Origin: a virus
Taxonomy: Duplodnaviria > Caudoviricetes
Length of the DNA: 40,357 nucleotides
Virus record (IMG/VR): IMGVR_UViG_3300006879_000007
Location: 1 to 40,357 of that record
Strand: one strand, 5' to 3'
In this document: positions 7,320-17,105 of the stretch, one piece after another
How positions within the stretch are numbered: position 1 is the first letter of the stretch
How the letters are laid out: every line of letters begins with the position of its first letter
The notes under the pieces: generated by a model
Told to the model about the DNA's origin: nothing
Seen by the model: the letters and a program-made list of their open reading frames with translations, nothing else
The model's database searches: none
Translations under genes and position numbers: made by a program

Positions 7320-9430
7320 TAAAATTTCCCTCCCAATTGTGATTGTATAAATACACGTAATATTAAATCAGCTTCAATCCTTGCTAATTTATCCGGTAGT
7401 ATCTCCACCTCATGCCTTCCGCGATTGATTTTTCCATTGCTGTCTTTTGACATATAGTCAGTTAAATCAATGCGATCACCGCTTGTACTGTCATGATCTA
7501 CTGTATTACCATCAACTTTTAACACTACATTTGAAGCTGTCTCATTTAATTCATAGATACCGTGCTTAACTTCGTGCGTATGATCCGGCAGCTCAATCTC
7601 ATGTACATGATCGGGTAGGTCAATTTCATGATTATGGTTAGGCAGATCAATTTCATGCGTGTGATCAGGTATCGTTACGCTATGATTATGAGCTGGTATT
7701 TTCACATCGTGCGTATGGCTCGGTATCGATACATTGTGTGTATGGTTTGGCGTTGTAAAGTTATGACTGTGTGAAGGTATAGACACACTGTGCCTATGAC
7801 CAGGCACTGTAACCCGATGCGTATGATTTAGTAGTTGGCCGGGTAAACGATGAAAATGGTTTTCACCGCTACCAACTTGCTCACCAACAGTTGTTACGCA
7901 TGACGTGCCTGTGCCACCCCCGCAGTATGCATTGGTACTTTGGGTTGTGCCTCCGCCACTTGAGCTAGATTGTGTTGTTCCGCCTCCACTATTCGTACTT
8001 TTAGATGTACCTCCACCACTACTGGATGTAGCTGTTGTTCCACCTCCAGAAGTACTAGTTTGTGTACTGGCACCTCCATCTGTAGTGGATTTAGTAGTAC
8101 CTCCACCGCCTTTGGTCGATTTGACTATTCCCCCACCGCCTCCGGTCGACTTAACTAAGGCACCGCCGCCCTTCGTACTATCAACAATAGCACCACCTCC
8201 ATGGGTAGCCTGACTGTATGCGCGGAATTTTTTAGTTCTAAACGTCAATTCAATTGTATTGATGTTTACTACATCATCATCGATGTAGAACGGGATCAAA
8301 GCAGGGATTTGATTGTCGCAATTGTCCTGATAGGTGAAATTCATGATGTTAGTTGCCCCCTGTGAATACAACTCATTAACCTGCTGCCTACGTTCTAAAT
8401 CTGCATTCGTTGTACTTAAATCCTCTGTGACGTTTCCTATTTCCAACTGAACGTCACCAGGAGCACCTTTAATATCAGATTTGCTTTCTTTCATAATCCT
8501 TAAATCCGTCACAGGATAATCATCTAACTGGAGTCGAACAACCTTACCTACTTTAAATTTATCAATAGATAATCCAGTTATTTTAGATACGTCAGCTGCT
8601 GAAATTTTCCACGTCACCTTTGGTTTTTTCCACTTATCAAGTAATGCTTGACCACTCGCCTTTAGGGAAACGGCATCTGTGAAACGCTGATCCACCCATA
8701 CCGTTTCCTTTATTTCTTCACCAGGCTTTCGATCTTCCAAATAAGGTAGGCCGTTATTAACTGAGTCGATTGTTAATTGATTTATCCCTTCTCCAGCACC
8801 AAGAGGATAAATGCGGTTATAAACAGACATTGGATCCTCTTCTATTTCTAACCCTATTAGGTTATAACCTTCTTTGATGCGACAAATCGGCTCGTTATCT
8901 GGCTTAACAAGGTCAAGTCTCCAAGGATAAGATGTTGTATCATATTCCCATATATAAGGTTCATCAAATGGTTTCGGCACGCTGAATATAGCAGCAAGAT
9001 TGTTTTCATTTTCCCATGAGTAATGGAAATACCTTTTAAAGTCCACTTTTCCTTTTTTCCAATGTTTATGATTTTGCTGATCAATTAAATATTGCAATAC
9101 ATAATCGGTCGTATAATTTGTTAATTGATGATATTTAAAAAGCGAGCTGTCCAGTAATGTTGCCAGGACATGCTCGCATTGGAATGTTACTTCTTTTGTT
9201 GATTCGTTTTTAGTTGTTAGCTTAGGTATGATACGGAATAGGCCGATATATTCGTCGCCATCCGTTATTTCCACATACTTTAAAAGTTCCACTCTATAAA
9301 TCTTTGGATCGTTTAATGGCAAAGAAAAAAAAGCTTGCCAAATGGAATTGGTTTGCCTCTCGTATCCGATACTGTATGCATTTTCTAAGATAGCTGTGGT
9401 TTGTCGATTGAAATTTAATGTTCTTATCAA
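7319..9430 (-). CDS. Tal-like tail spike/minor structural protein with a Gly-rich/HxH repeat insert
   Basis: Prophage-tail-type N-terminus ('YNRIYPLGAGEG'); 10 GG-containing repeats and 11 HxH motifs near the C-terminus. Confidence 0.85.
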   Translation of the reverse strand: MIRTLNFNRQTTAILENAYSIGYERQTNSIWQAFFSLPLNDPKIYRVELLKYVEITDGDEYIGLFRIIPKLTTKNESTKEVTFQCEHVLATLLDSSLFKYHQLTNYTTDYVLQYLIDQQNHKHWKKGKVDFKRYFHYSWENENNLAAIFSVPKPFDEPYIWEYDTTSYPWRLDLVKPDNEPICRIKEGYNLIGLEIEEDPMSVYNRIYPLGAGEGINQLTIDSVNNGLPYLEDRKPGEEIKETVWVDQRFTDAVSLKASGQALLDKWKKPKVTWKISAADVSKITGLSIDKFKVGKVVRLQLDDYPVTDLRIMKESKSDIKGAPGDVQLEIGNVTEDLSTTNADLERRQQVNELYSQGATNIMNFTYQDNCDNQIPALIPFYIDDDVVNINTIELTFRTKKFRAYSQATHGGGAIVDSTKGGGALVKSTGGGGGIVKSTKGGGGTTKSTTDGGASTQTSTSGGGTTATSSSGGGTSKSTNSGGGTTQSSSSGGGTTQSTNAYCGGGTGTSCVTTVGEQVGSGENHFHRLPGQLLNHTHRVTVPGHRHSVSIPSHSHNFTTPNHTHNVSIPSHTHDVKIPAHNHSVTIPDHTHEIDLPNHNHEIDLPDHVHEIELPDHTHEVKHGIYELNETASNVVLKVDGNTVDHDSTSGDRIDLTDYMSKDSNGKINRGRHEVEILPDKLARIEADLILRVFIQSQLGGKF

Positions 9431-9488
9431 TGGATCACCTCCAAAATAAAAAGCACCTCATAATGAGATGCTTAGTGAAAATAACTTA

Positions 9489-9782
9489 TTAGTTTAATTT
9501 ATTGTATTGAATTCTATTCGGATTTAATGACATAGAGCTGATATTATAAATTGCTTGAGTAATTTTACCTTCGGGATCAAAGGTTTCGGAAATACTAAAA
9601 ACCCTTACTTTGTCTTTATTAAGGAGAAACCTGTCCCCTTCCTCAAAACCATTCCAATTTTCTCCCACTTCAGTTCTCCATTTTTCTAATGAGCCATTAA
9701 AAACAGTTCGCTTGCTTTTGACTTCTTCATCTACAAAGTAAATAACTTTAATAGTAGCTGCGCTTTTAAATTCATCAGACAT
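9489..9782 (-). CDS. Hypothetical protein (moron)
   Basis: GGAGGGG RBS; sigmaH-like AAAGGTCTT-N12-GTCGTAT (9807-9834); terminator 9448-9473. Confidence 0.7.
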   Translation of the reverse strand: MSDEFKSAATIKVIYFVDEEVKSKRTVFNGSLEKWRTEVGENWNGFEEGDRFLLNKDKVRVFSISETFDPEGKITQAIYNISSMSLNPNRIQYNKLN

Positions 9783-9851
9783 GTTTATCCCCCTCCTACC
9801 TACAATATACGACATAGGAGGTCAAAAGACCTTTTATTCATTCACTAGCTC

Positions 9852-11612
9852 CTATAATTTAGCTAACAACTGTGATGAAATTCTATCAGCAATTAATTTC
9901 CTACCAGTAGGGTTGGGATGTAAGCCGTCAATTAAATAAGTTTCATAATTATATTGATTCAAACCTAACCCATTATACATATTTATAAATGGGATATGAT
10001 GAAGCTCCGAAACACCCTTCAGACCATTAACTAAGTCAATCATCATATGCCCAAACCTACCACTCTCATCGTCTGCATAGCCTTCCCCAACTGTTCGCCA
10101 TGTTGTAGATAGCAATACAATTTTCAAGTGCGGGAAAACTTTTTGTAATTCTCTTACAGCATGCCTTGCTGCGCCTAATACAGTTGTTTGGTCGAATTCA
10201 TCTTGTTCGTTATCTAACTTCGGAACTACCGAATTAAAATCATTTGTACCATAGAAAATAGTAACAATATCAACTTTGTTAAAGTCAATACTCTTTAATG
10301 TTTGTAATTTCTCAGGATAATTATGATTTATATCAACGTTTTCATCCTGCCAACTAAAGTCATTGGTTATAATAGCATCAACAATACCTACCATACTAAA
10401 AGCATCATAACCTGAATCAAATACGCTCATTCTTGCTCCACTAAAACCAACATTATGGACAGTTGACCCTAATCGTTCAGAAATATATGTCGGATAATCA
10501 TTAGGATAGCTGTATCCACCTGTAATACTGTCCCCGAAACATACAATAGTTTTATCTGCTAAATGAGTTTTTTCTCTTCTTGTTACTTCACCGTCAGAAA
10601 CATAAACAGATTCATCAAACAAGTATTTTCCATACGGTAAATACGTACCAGGCAACTGTGACCCTTCAACAAGCATAACGTCATGTGTGTTGCGTTGACT
10701 GGAAAAGTGGAGTTTAATAAAAGTTGCATCAGACGGTGTAGTGAAAATATTCGTGCTTAAATCTTCGTTAGAAATAACACTGCTCAGTGAGGGGCTTGAG
10801 TAAGTTGCTAGTCTTAAGTTACTAACTGGACTGATAATATACGTTGTATTCGGCTTAACGTAAATATAATCTGTTGCATAATATCGGTCATCCTCAACGA
10901 AATCTCCACTTGAACTGTTAATATAGCCATTCAAAACAGCATTTTGGTTAAATAAGTTAGGTGACACATTTAAAAAACTGGCATGTCTTACATCAATTGA
11001 ATTCGGCTTTAGTTGGACATCGTCACCAAAAACATATTGAAACGATTCATAAGGAGTAGAAATGCTACCCTCTTCAAATTGAAAAGATGATATATGTCGC
11101 CCATTGATCGCTAACTGTACAAACCTGGTTCCTGGAGGAGTAGTTATTGTCGTCCCTCCAGGAACTTGTTCAGCGCTGATAAAGTCTTTTCCTGAGTTAT
11201 AATAACCAACAATGTTTGAATTGGAACCTGTACTAGATAATTGATATTCTGTACTTTCTTTAACTGATATAAAAGGGTGACAATCATAATGATTACTATT
11301 AGTCATGCTACCGTTATCCATATTAATAGTTGTCTGAGGGATAACTACATCTATATTAAATAAGTTTTTACCCGGCATTAAAAAAGTGGTGGTTATCGGC
11401 GATACCACTCCTTCTTCTAACTCTGATCCGCGTGCAATTACCCTCAAACGATCCCCTAAACTCTCTTCTTCTTCTCTTGCATCAACTATTTCCTCAGCGT
11501 TTATTCCATCAACAGGAGTGGTTATAATTTTACTAACTCTATCATCCAAGTAACTTAAATTATCATTAATTTCCTGCGATTTAATCTTGCCGCTTACCGG
11601 TTTGATCGCCAT
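9852..11612 (-). CDS. Tail-associated SGNH/GDSL hydrolase with two carbohydrate-binding-like modules
   Basis: 'EIVDAR' anchor; two repeats starting 'NLFN'; FGDSIT, GTND and DGLHP SGNH blocks. Confidence 0.88.
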   Translation of the reverse strand: MAIKPVSGKIKSQEINDNLSYLDDRVSKIITTPVDGINAEEIVDAREEEESLGDRLRVIARGSELEEGVVSPITTTFLMPGKNLFNIDVVIPQTTINMDNGSMTNSNHYDCHPFISVKESTEYQLSSTGSNSNIVGYYNSGKDFISAEQVPGGTTITTPPGTRFVQLAINGRHISSFQFEEGSISTPYESFQYVFGDDVQLKPNSIDVRHASFLNVSPNLFNQNAVLNGYINSSSGDFVEDDRYYATDYIYVKPNTTYIISPVSNLRLATYSSPSLSSVISNEDLSTNIFTTPSDATFIKLHFSSQRNTHDVMLVEGSQLPGTYLPYGKYLFDESVYVSDGEVTRREKTHLADKTIVCFGDSITGGYSYPNDYPTYISERLGSTVHNVGFSGARMSVFDSGYDAFSMVGIVDAIITNDFSWQDENVDINHNYPEKLQTLKSIDFNKVDIVTIFYGTNDFNSVVPKLDNEQDEFDQTTVLGAARHAVRELQKVFPHLKIVLLSTTWRTVGEGYADDESGRFGHMMIDLVNGLKGVSELHHIPFINMYNGLGLNQYNYETYLIDGLHPNPTGRKLIADRISSQLLAKL

Positions 11613-11632
11613 ATCACATCCTCCTCCAATAC

Positions 11633-11661
11633 AAAAAGGATTACTCGATGGAGTAATCCTT
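11633..11661 (-). terminator. Intrinsic terminator inside the tail operon
   Basis: AAGGATTACTC-catc-GAGTAATCCTT-TTT perfect stem. Confidence 0.8.
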
Positions 11662-11725
11662 AAATTTAATAGTTACTTTGTTATTTTGTTGCTATACTTG
11701 CTTTAGAAAGCGAGGTGAAACTTAA

Positions 11726-12496
11726 ATGGATAAATTTAAACTTTTTTCTATTGTTCCAGATTCAACAAAAGAAGAAGCTTTCAACCCTACATCAAACTTG
11801 ATAGGACAAGCTTTTAGAGGAATTGCTCATAAGGTGCTTGATCCGCTTGTTCGCTACAACATCGTTAAAGACGAGGAAATGAAAGATTTTGCAGATAGAA
11901 CCAGAAATAAAACGGATGCTATACCAAATGAAAATAGAGATGATTCCAAGCTTGGTCTGACGTATAAAGCTGTGGAAGATTCTTCTTATCAACTAAATGA
12001 AGAAGTATTAAGAGAAATGTTTTCAAATCTTATTGCCTCTACAGTTGATGACAGGAAGAACGGTCAGGTTAAACCTTTCTTTTCGTCAATACTTAAAGAC
12101 ATGTCACCTACAGATGCGTCGTTGTTTAAATTAATTTACAAAGAAAATAATTTAGCTATAGCGTCTGTAAGAATTGAAAACCAAAACACTTCAGAAGGGG
12201 TAAATGTAATTAAAAACGTCATCCTTTTAGATGATGCGGAAATTCAAGAACCCAGTTCATTGGATATGCTTCAACGGTTTGGGTTGATTGAAATTAATCC
12301 AGAACGATATTTAATTGCTCAAAAGTTCGTCGATCAATACAATCGTTTTGAAAAATCATCAACTTATAATTCGGTGAAAGAATCAATACCATTTCAATCC
12401 GATGACTTATTACTTGATTTTGTCAAATTATTAAAAGGAAACATTAAACTAACATCACTAGGAAAAGATTTTGCAAATATAATTATTTCTCAATAG
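11726..12496 (+). CDS. DUF4393/Abi-alpha-like protein, antisense to the tail operon
   Basis: 'EEVLREMFSNLIASTVD...KPFFSSILKDMSPTDASL...LTSLGKDF' family pattern; GAGGTG RBS; TG-n-TATACT at 11690-11698. Confidence 0.8.
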   Translation: MDKFKLFSIVPDSTKEEAFNPTSNLIGQAFRGIAHKVLDPLVRYNIVKDEEMKDFADRTRNKTDAIPNENRDDSKLGLTYKAVEDSSYQLNEEVLREMFSNLIASTVDDRKNGQVKPFFSSILKDMSPTDASLFKLIYKENNLAIASVRIENQNTSEGVNVIKNVILLDDAEIQEPSSLDMLQRFGLIEINPERYLIAQKFVDQYNRFEKSSTYNSVKESIPFQSDDLLLDFVKLLKGNIKLTSLGKDFANIIISQ

Positions 12497-12644
12497 TATT
12501 GATTCGATTCATTATTCTCTTTTCAATCTTTTCAATTTCCTTTGTAGCTATTTCGGCTGTTTTTCTCATAACTAGTAAGTTAATAAATACAGAGAGAACA
12601 ACTGAAGTAGCTATTATTATAATTGCGTAAAGCAATAAATCCAT
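12483..12644 (-). CDS. 53-aa membrane peptide, not in the ORF track
   Basis: AAGGAGGG RBS; MDLLLYAIIIIATSVVLSVFINLLVMRKTAEIATKEIEKIEKRIMNRINTIEK. Confidence 0.7.
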   Translation of the reverse strand: MDLLLYAIIIIATSVVLSVFINLLVMRKTAEIATKEIEKIEKRIMNRINTIEK

Positions 12645-12656
12645 TCATTTCCCTCC

Positions 12657-13463
12657 TTACATAAACTTGTGTAGCCATTTATAAGTAACTTTTGCATCCG
12701 GGTTTTCTCCCTCAAATAAAAATCCAACCTCTCCTGGCTGGATGAAGAAAAAATTATAATTGGATCCTTCTAAAATGTCCTGGCCGTCTTTAATCACGAC
12801 AAATCGCTTTCCATCAATTACTAACTTACCATTAGTAATGCTAGGCAAAGTTAGTCTTTTGTCGTTCACCAAGTTAGTCACATTCGGATTAGTCACGGTG
12901 CCGCTTATTTCAATATTAAAGTCCGTATTTAATGGTGAATAATTATTTATACCGCTGTAGTGTTTAAAATATATCCAGTCAAACGATTGCGGATTATCAT
13001 AAAAATCATCTTCTGTGACTTCGCCATAATAAATATCTTCTACTGGATCATATTCATTAGCTGTTGCGTATTTCATTGGATCGTTAGCCACTAGCGGCAA
13101 AACAAACCTACTAAACGGTCTAACCCTCTCCGGACTAAACTGACCGCTAACCTTAACCGTATAGAACTTATCCGGCTCATAATCATATACAATTTTAATT
13201 TCCCGTGGCTTTCCGAATGGATCAAATAAAAAAGCAACGAAGTCATTTAATCTCCGTTGCAGATCCATTCGATCCCTACTGTGTGTCGCAAGAGGAAATG
13301 AAAATGGTTTTTCCTTTATTTCCGTTCCAAAATCCCATAAACCCTCCATACCTGGGATGTGCATTGTTTTTTGTTCAAATACCGGGGTGGCAGGGTGATC
13401 ATGACCTTCTTCTACATAAAGACCAAAATCTTCAAATCTGTATTTGTCGTCCATTGTTATCAT
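12657..13463 (-). CDS. Distal tail protein (Dit)
   Basis: Follows the TMP; 'IPGMEG...EPDKFY...ANDP' siphophage tail pattern. Confidence 0.85.
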   Translation of the reverse strand: MITMDDKYRFEDFGLYVEEGHDHPATPVFEQKTMHIPGMEGLWDFGTEIKEKPFSFPLATHSRDRMDLQRRLNDFVAFLFDPFGKPREIKIVYDYEPDKFYTVKVSGQFSPERVRPFSRFVLPLVANDPMKYATANEYDPVEDIYYGEVTEDDFYDNPQSFDWIYFKHYSGINNYSPLNTDFNIEISGTVTNPNVTNLVNDKRLTLPSITNGKLVIDGKRFVVIKDGQDILEGSNYNFFFIQPGEVGFLFEGENPDAKVTYKWLHKFM

Positions 13464-16400
13464 TAATACACCACCCCATTTTTCCTTGCACCCATTTTAT
13501 TCATGTTATCCAATTCCTTACTCATACCAGGTGCGGTTGCCCTGATAATCTCTCTTTCATCAATTTTTATAACAACATCCCTGCCTGCAAGGTTGTTAAT
13601 TGCATTAGCTAGTTGTAAGTCACCTGATGTTCCGCTACTTGAGTTCAACCCACTCACAACCCGATCAGTTTCACCAGATCGACTAACCCCACTAGCATAG
13701 GCGGGCATACGATTAAGAGCACTAATAATCTTCTTCGACTCATCATGCGTAAACACTTCATAACCTGCTGGCCTGTCATACATGCCCATATTCAGCATTT
13801 CCCAACGATTACCAAGACGTCCTAATTCTTGTCCTTCTTCACCTGCTATAAATGAACCGCCGGGATGATTGTCTGTACCTTTTGCATAAAGTGGAGTAGC
13901 TTTTGCACCTGCAGCCACAGCTGCACCAACAGCCCCGATCGTTTTAATTTTTACGTTTTTTGTGACTTCTTTTCCCAGCGTTCTGTCTAGTGAACTAGAG
14001 GATGGATCTGTTTTAACGTTAACGTCTTTATCTACATCTTTTCCTAGTTCGTCCGTATAGACTTCCGCATCTGATTGCAGTCCTTGTATCTGTCCTTTTG
14101 CGGTTTCTAATTTTCCTATTTGATTATCAATTTCTCCAACTGCATTTCTATATTCTTCGGTGTTGCGTTCTGCTGCAGGAGTTTGTTCATTTAATTCCTG
14201 TTTTTGGCTTTGCAACTTTTCCAATTGGGTATCTAATAACGATATAGTTTCCCCGTCTTTAACCGCTTGTCTTGCCTTTTCTTCTGATATTCCTGCGTTT
14301 TTCAGGTAATTAGTTTGCAATTTATTGTAGATCATTTCAAGCTTGGATATTTCTTGATCAGTTTGATTTAAGTTTACTTCTTGTTGTGTTCTCTTTTCTT
14401 TTAACTTTATAAGTTGTTCTGCAAGCTCTTGATCACCTTCGCTAAGTGCCACTAATATGCCGCCATATAATTCCTTCTGCTCGTTAAGTGTTTCTATTTC
14501 CTCTTTACTCAGATCACCCGATGCTAATTTAAGGGTAATTTTTTCTTGTTCTGCTACCATTTCATCATAAAGAGCTTCCGCAGATTCTTCACTATAATTT
14601 AATAATAATTCATCAATTTCTTTTTCTCTTTCTTTATAATCGTTAATGATTCCTTGTTGTTCAGCTCTTTGCTCTAACAATATACTCTGGTTTTCGAGTG
14701 CTTTATAAAATTCATTGCTCATCTCGAGTTCAGCCATTTTTCTAATTTCTTCATTATACTTTTCTAATTCGGTAGTATTTCCTGCGACTTTATTACCTTG
14801 ATCCGTAATTTTTTCGGTTGCACCGGGAAGCGCTTCGGTTAAATCTCCATTCAAACCTACCATTTCATTTAATTCATCATTTGACATACCAGATTTATCT
14901 TGTAGTCCATCCATTTCATTTTTGATAGCTTCTATCGTATCTGGATCAGTCGTGTCCTGTAATTCAGATTGTAGGTCAATATAACGTCCGAATTCATCAG
15001 ATGTTAGCTTGGATTTCTCTCTAAGTTCATCAAATCGTTCTATCATTTCGCCTGTGGATTCATATTCTTCTTGTAAAGCATTTGCGGTTTCTAAAGATAC
15101 TTCGTTTAATTCTTCCTTATCTTTAGATAGAGCATGGATTGTTACCCCTAATGCAGCGACCCCTGCAATAGCTAAACCAACGGGACCAGCAGATACACCC
15201 ATTAAGCCAATACGTCCAAGTAATCCAGCGCCTCCCCTTTTCCCAAGCATTTTCGCTACACCGCCACCTGCTTTCAAAAAACCTCCTGCGGTTGTAGTCA
15301 GTCCTCCTAGTGCAATACTAGCAGGACCAATTGCGGCAACAAGTCCAATCATTTTTAAAATGGTTTGCTGTTGTTCCTCGTCCATTTCAGAGAAGGCTTG
15401 TGCACCATCTTCTATTTTTTGAATAAAAGGTTCAGCCGCATCGATTGCATCCATGACAGCAGGAATTAAAGCATCTCCTAACGTGATAGCCACATCTTTT
15501 ATACGGTTCCACATGATTTTTAACTGTGATTCAGTAGTGCCATATCGTTCTTCAGCTTCTTCGGTTAATGCAATGTTTTCATCCCAAGCACCCGTTCCAA
15601 TTTCAAGTGATTCTGTAAATACGTCACTTGCACCTGCTGCACGTAGCAAAGCATCACGCATTCTAACTTCCGTGATACCCATTTCATCAAGAACACCAAT
15701 TGCGGTGTCACCATCTTCGGCCACATCGCCCAGACCTTCAATGAATTTAATCAATGCTCCTGATGCATCTTCTTCAAATGCAGTCTTGAAGTCATCAGCA
15801 GACATACCGGCAACATTGGCAAATTCCTCTAATTCATCTCCACCGCGTTCAGCCGCTAACTGCATATTGACCATAACTTTAGAAAATGCAGAACCGCCCG
15901 CTTCTGCTTCAATTCCCACAGAACTAAGTGCTCCGGCAAAGGCTAATGTCTGCGCTTCAGTTAAACCAATCTGATCACCGGCACCAGCTAAACGTAACCC
16001 CATTTCAACAATCTCTGATTCAGTTGTGGCTAGGTTATTACCAAGATCAACTACAGTAGACCCTAACTTATCAAAATCATCTTGACTCATGCCTGTAATG
16101 TTTGCCAGCCGTGCTAATGCAGTCGCTGCTTCTTCGCTGGACATGTTAGTTGCAACACCCAGGTCAATCATAGTGCGAGTAAAGCCCATAATTGATTCGT
16201 TCTGAATGCCAAGCTGACCTGCAGCTTCAGCGACTCCCGCTATTTCTGTTGCCGATGCAGGTAATTCTTTTGCCATTTCTCGGATACCACTTGAAAGGGA
16301 GTCAAACTCTTCTTCGGTCATGTCCACGGTCTTGCGAACACCGGCAAACGCACTTTCATAATCCATTGATGCTTTAAACATAGCTGTGCCACCGGCAACA

Positions 16401-16891
16401 ATAGGAGCCGTAACTTTCATAGTGTAATCTCGACCGAATGAAGTCATGCCTCTACCGATCTCTTGCATCTTATCGCCGGTTTTCGTCATGCTTTCACCGA
16501 TTTTCGTCCATGGACTTTCCTGTCTTTTTATTTCATCGTTAAGATTTCTTAACTGAGTTTCAGTTCTGTTCATGGCCGCTTCGGCATTATTATACTGAGA
16601 AGCTAAATTTTTTGTTTCAACAGCATCTTCACCTTTAACACGTACAGACTCTCTATAACGTCTGCGTAATTCTCTAAGCTGTTCTTTTTGTGTCTTTAAT
16701 CGACGAGTAAGGACATCGGATTGCTGTCGCATACCCTTTAAACTATTCGTATATTCCCTGCCACCGGAACGTGCAGCATTCATTTCAGAGCGTAACCCAC
16801 GTAGATCACGTCTGAAACCTTCCATGGATTTATTTGCTCCATCGTCTTCCCAAGATAATCTTGTTCTTAAAGTACCAATATCTTTGGCCAC
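13463..16891 (-). CDS. Tape measure protein
   Basis: 1142 aa; TP901-type core ('YESAFAGVRKTV', 'AEAGGSAFS'); hydrophobic mid-segment; coiled coils. Confidence 0.95.
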   Translation of the reverse strand: MAKDIGTLRTRLSWEDDGANKSMEGFRRDLRGLRSEMNAARSGGREYTNSLKGMRQQSDVLTRRLKTQKEQLRELRRRYRESVRVKGEDAVETKNLASQYNNAEAAMNRTETQLRNLNDEIKRQESPWTKIGESMTKTGDKMQEIGRGMTSFGRDYTMKVTAPIVAGGTAMFKASMDYESAFAGVRKTVDMTEEEFDSLSSGIREMAKELPASATEIAGVAEAAGQLGIQNESIMGFTRTMIDLGVATNMSSEEAATALARLANITGMSQDDFDKLGSTVVDLGNNLATTESEIVEMGLRLAGAGDQIGLTEAQTLAFAGALSSVGIEAEAGGSAFSKVMVNMQLAAERGGDELEEFANVAGMSADDFKTAFEEDASGALIKFIEGLGDVAEDGDTAIGVLDEMGITEVRMRDALLRAAGASDVFTESLEIGTGAWDENIALTEEAEERYGTTESQLKIMWNRIKDVAITLGDALIPAVMDAIDAAEPFIQKIEDGAQAFSEMDEEQQQTILKMIGLVAAIGPASIALGGLTTTAGGFLKAGGGVAKMLGKRGGAGLLGRIGLMGVSAGPVGLAIAGVAALGVTIHALSKDKEELNEVSLETANALQEEYESTGEMIERFDELREKSKLTSDEFGRYIDLQSELQDTTDPDTIEAIKNEMDGLQDKSGMSNDELNEMVGLNGDLTEALPGATEKITDQGNKVAGNTTELEKYNEEIRKMAELEMSNEFYKALENQSILLEQRAEQQGIINDYKEREKEIDELLLNYSEESAEALYDEMVAEQEKITLKLASGDLSKEEIETLNEQKELYGGILVALSEGDQELAEQLIKLKEKRTQQEVNLNQTDQEISKLEMIYNKLQTNYLKNAGISEEKARQAVKDGETISLLDTQLEKLQSQKQELNEQTPAAERNTEEYRNAVGEIDNQIGKLETAKGQIQGLQSDAEVYTDELGKDVDKDVNVKTDPSSSSLDRTLGKEVTKNVKIKTIGAVGAAVAAGAKATPLYAKGTDNHPGGSFIAGEEGQELGRLGNRWEMLNMGMYDRPAGYEVFTHDESKKIISALNRMPAYASGVSRSGETDRVVSGLNSSSGTSGDLQLANAINNLAGRDVVIKIDEREIIRATAPGMSKELDNMNKMGARKNGVVY

Positions 16892-16910
16892 TTATCACCA
16901 CCTGCCTTTT

Positions 16911-17105
16911 TTACCAAATATCACTAAGGTAAACTTCTTCTTGTTGCGGTTGATCTTCCGATTCGAATCCCATTAATTCATTAAAAAAGTGGACATCTAA
17001 CTGATCTATTTCAGCTAGTGTCCACTTCGGGGCATAGGGATTTTTAGGAAACATCATATTTTTGTATAAACTTTTAAGGGAAGTGTACAGCCCTACAGCC
17101 GTCAC
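16911..17105 (-). CDS. Tail assembly chaperone C-terminal part (gpT-like), probably made by -1 frameshift
   Basis: Lies in the -1 frame of the upstream chaperone and is open from the slippery site. Confidence 0.75.
   Translation of the reverse strand: MTAVGLYTSLKSLYKNMMFPKNPYAPKWTLAEIDQLDVHFFNELMGFESEDQPQQEEVYLSDIW

Noticed and set aside
7894-8213. Pro-rich plus-strand ORF 7905..8213 and the overlapping 62-70 aa ORFs
   Set aside because: Shadows of the Gly-repeat codons of the tail spike gene; no RBS
7319-11612. Diversity-generating retroelement or invertible tail-fibre shufflon
   Set aside because: No reverse transcriptase, no template/variable repeat pair and no inverted alternative tail cassettes seen
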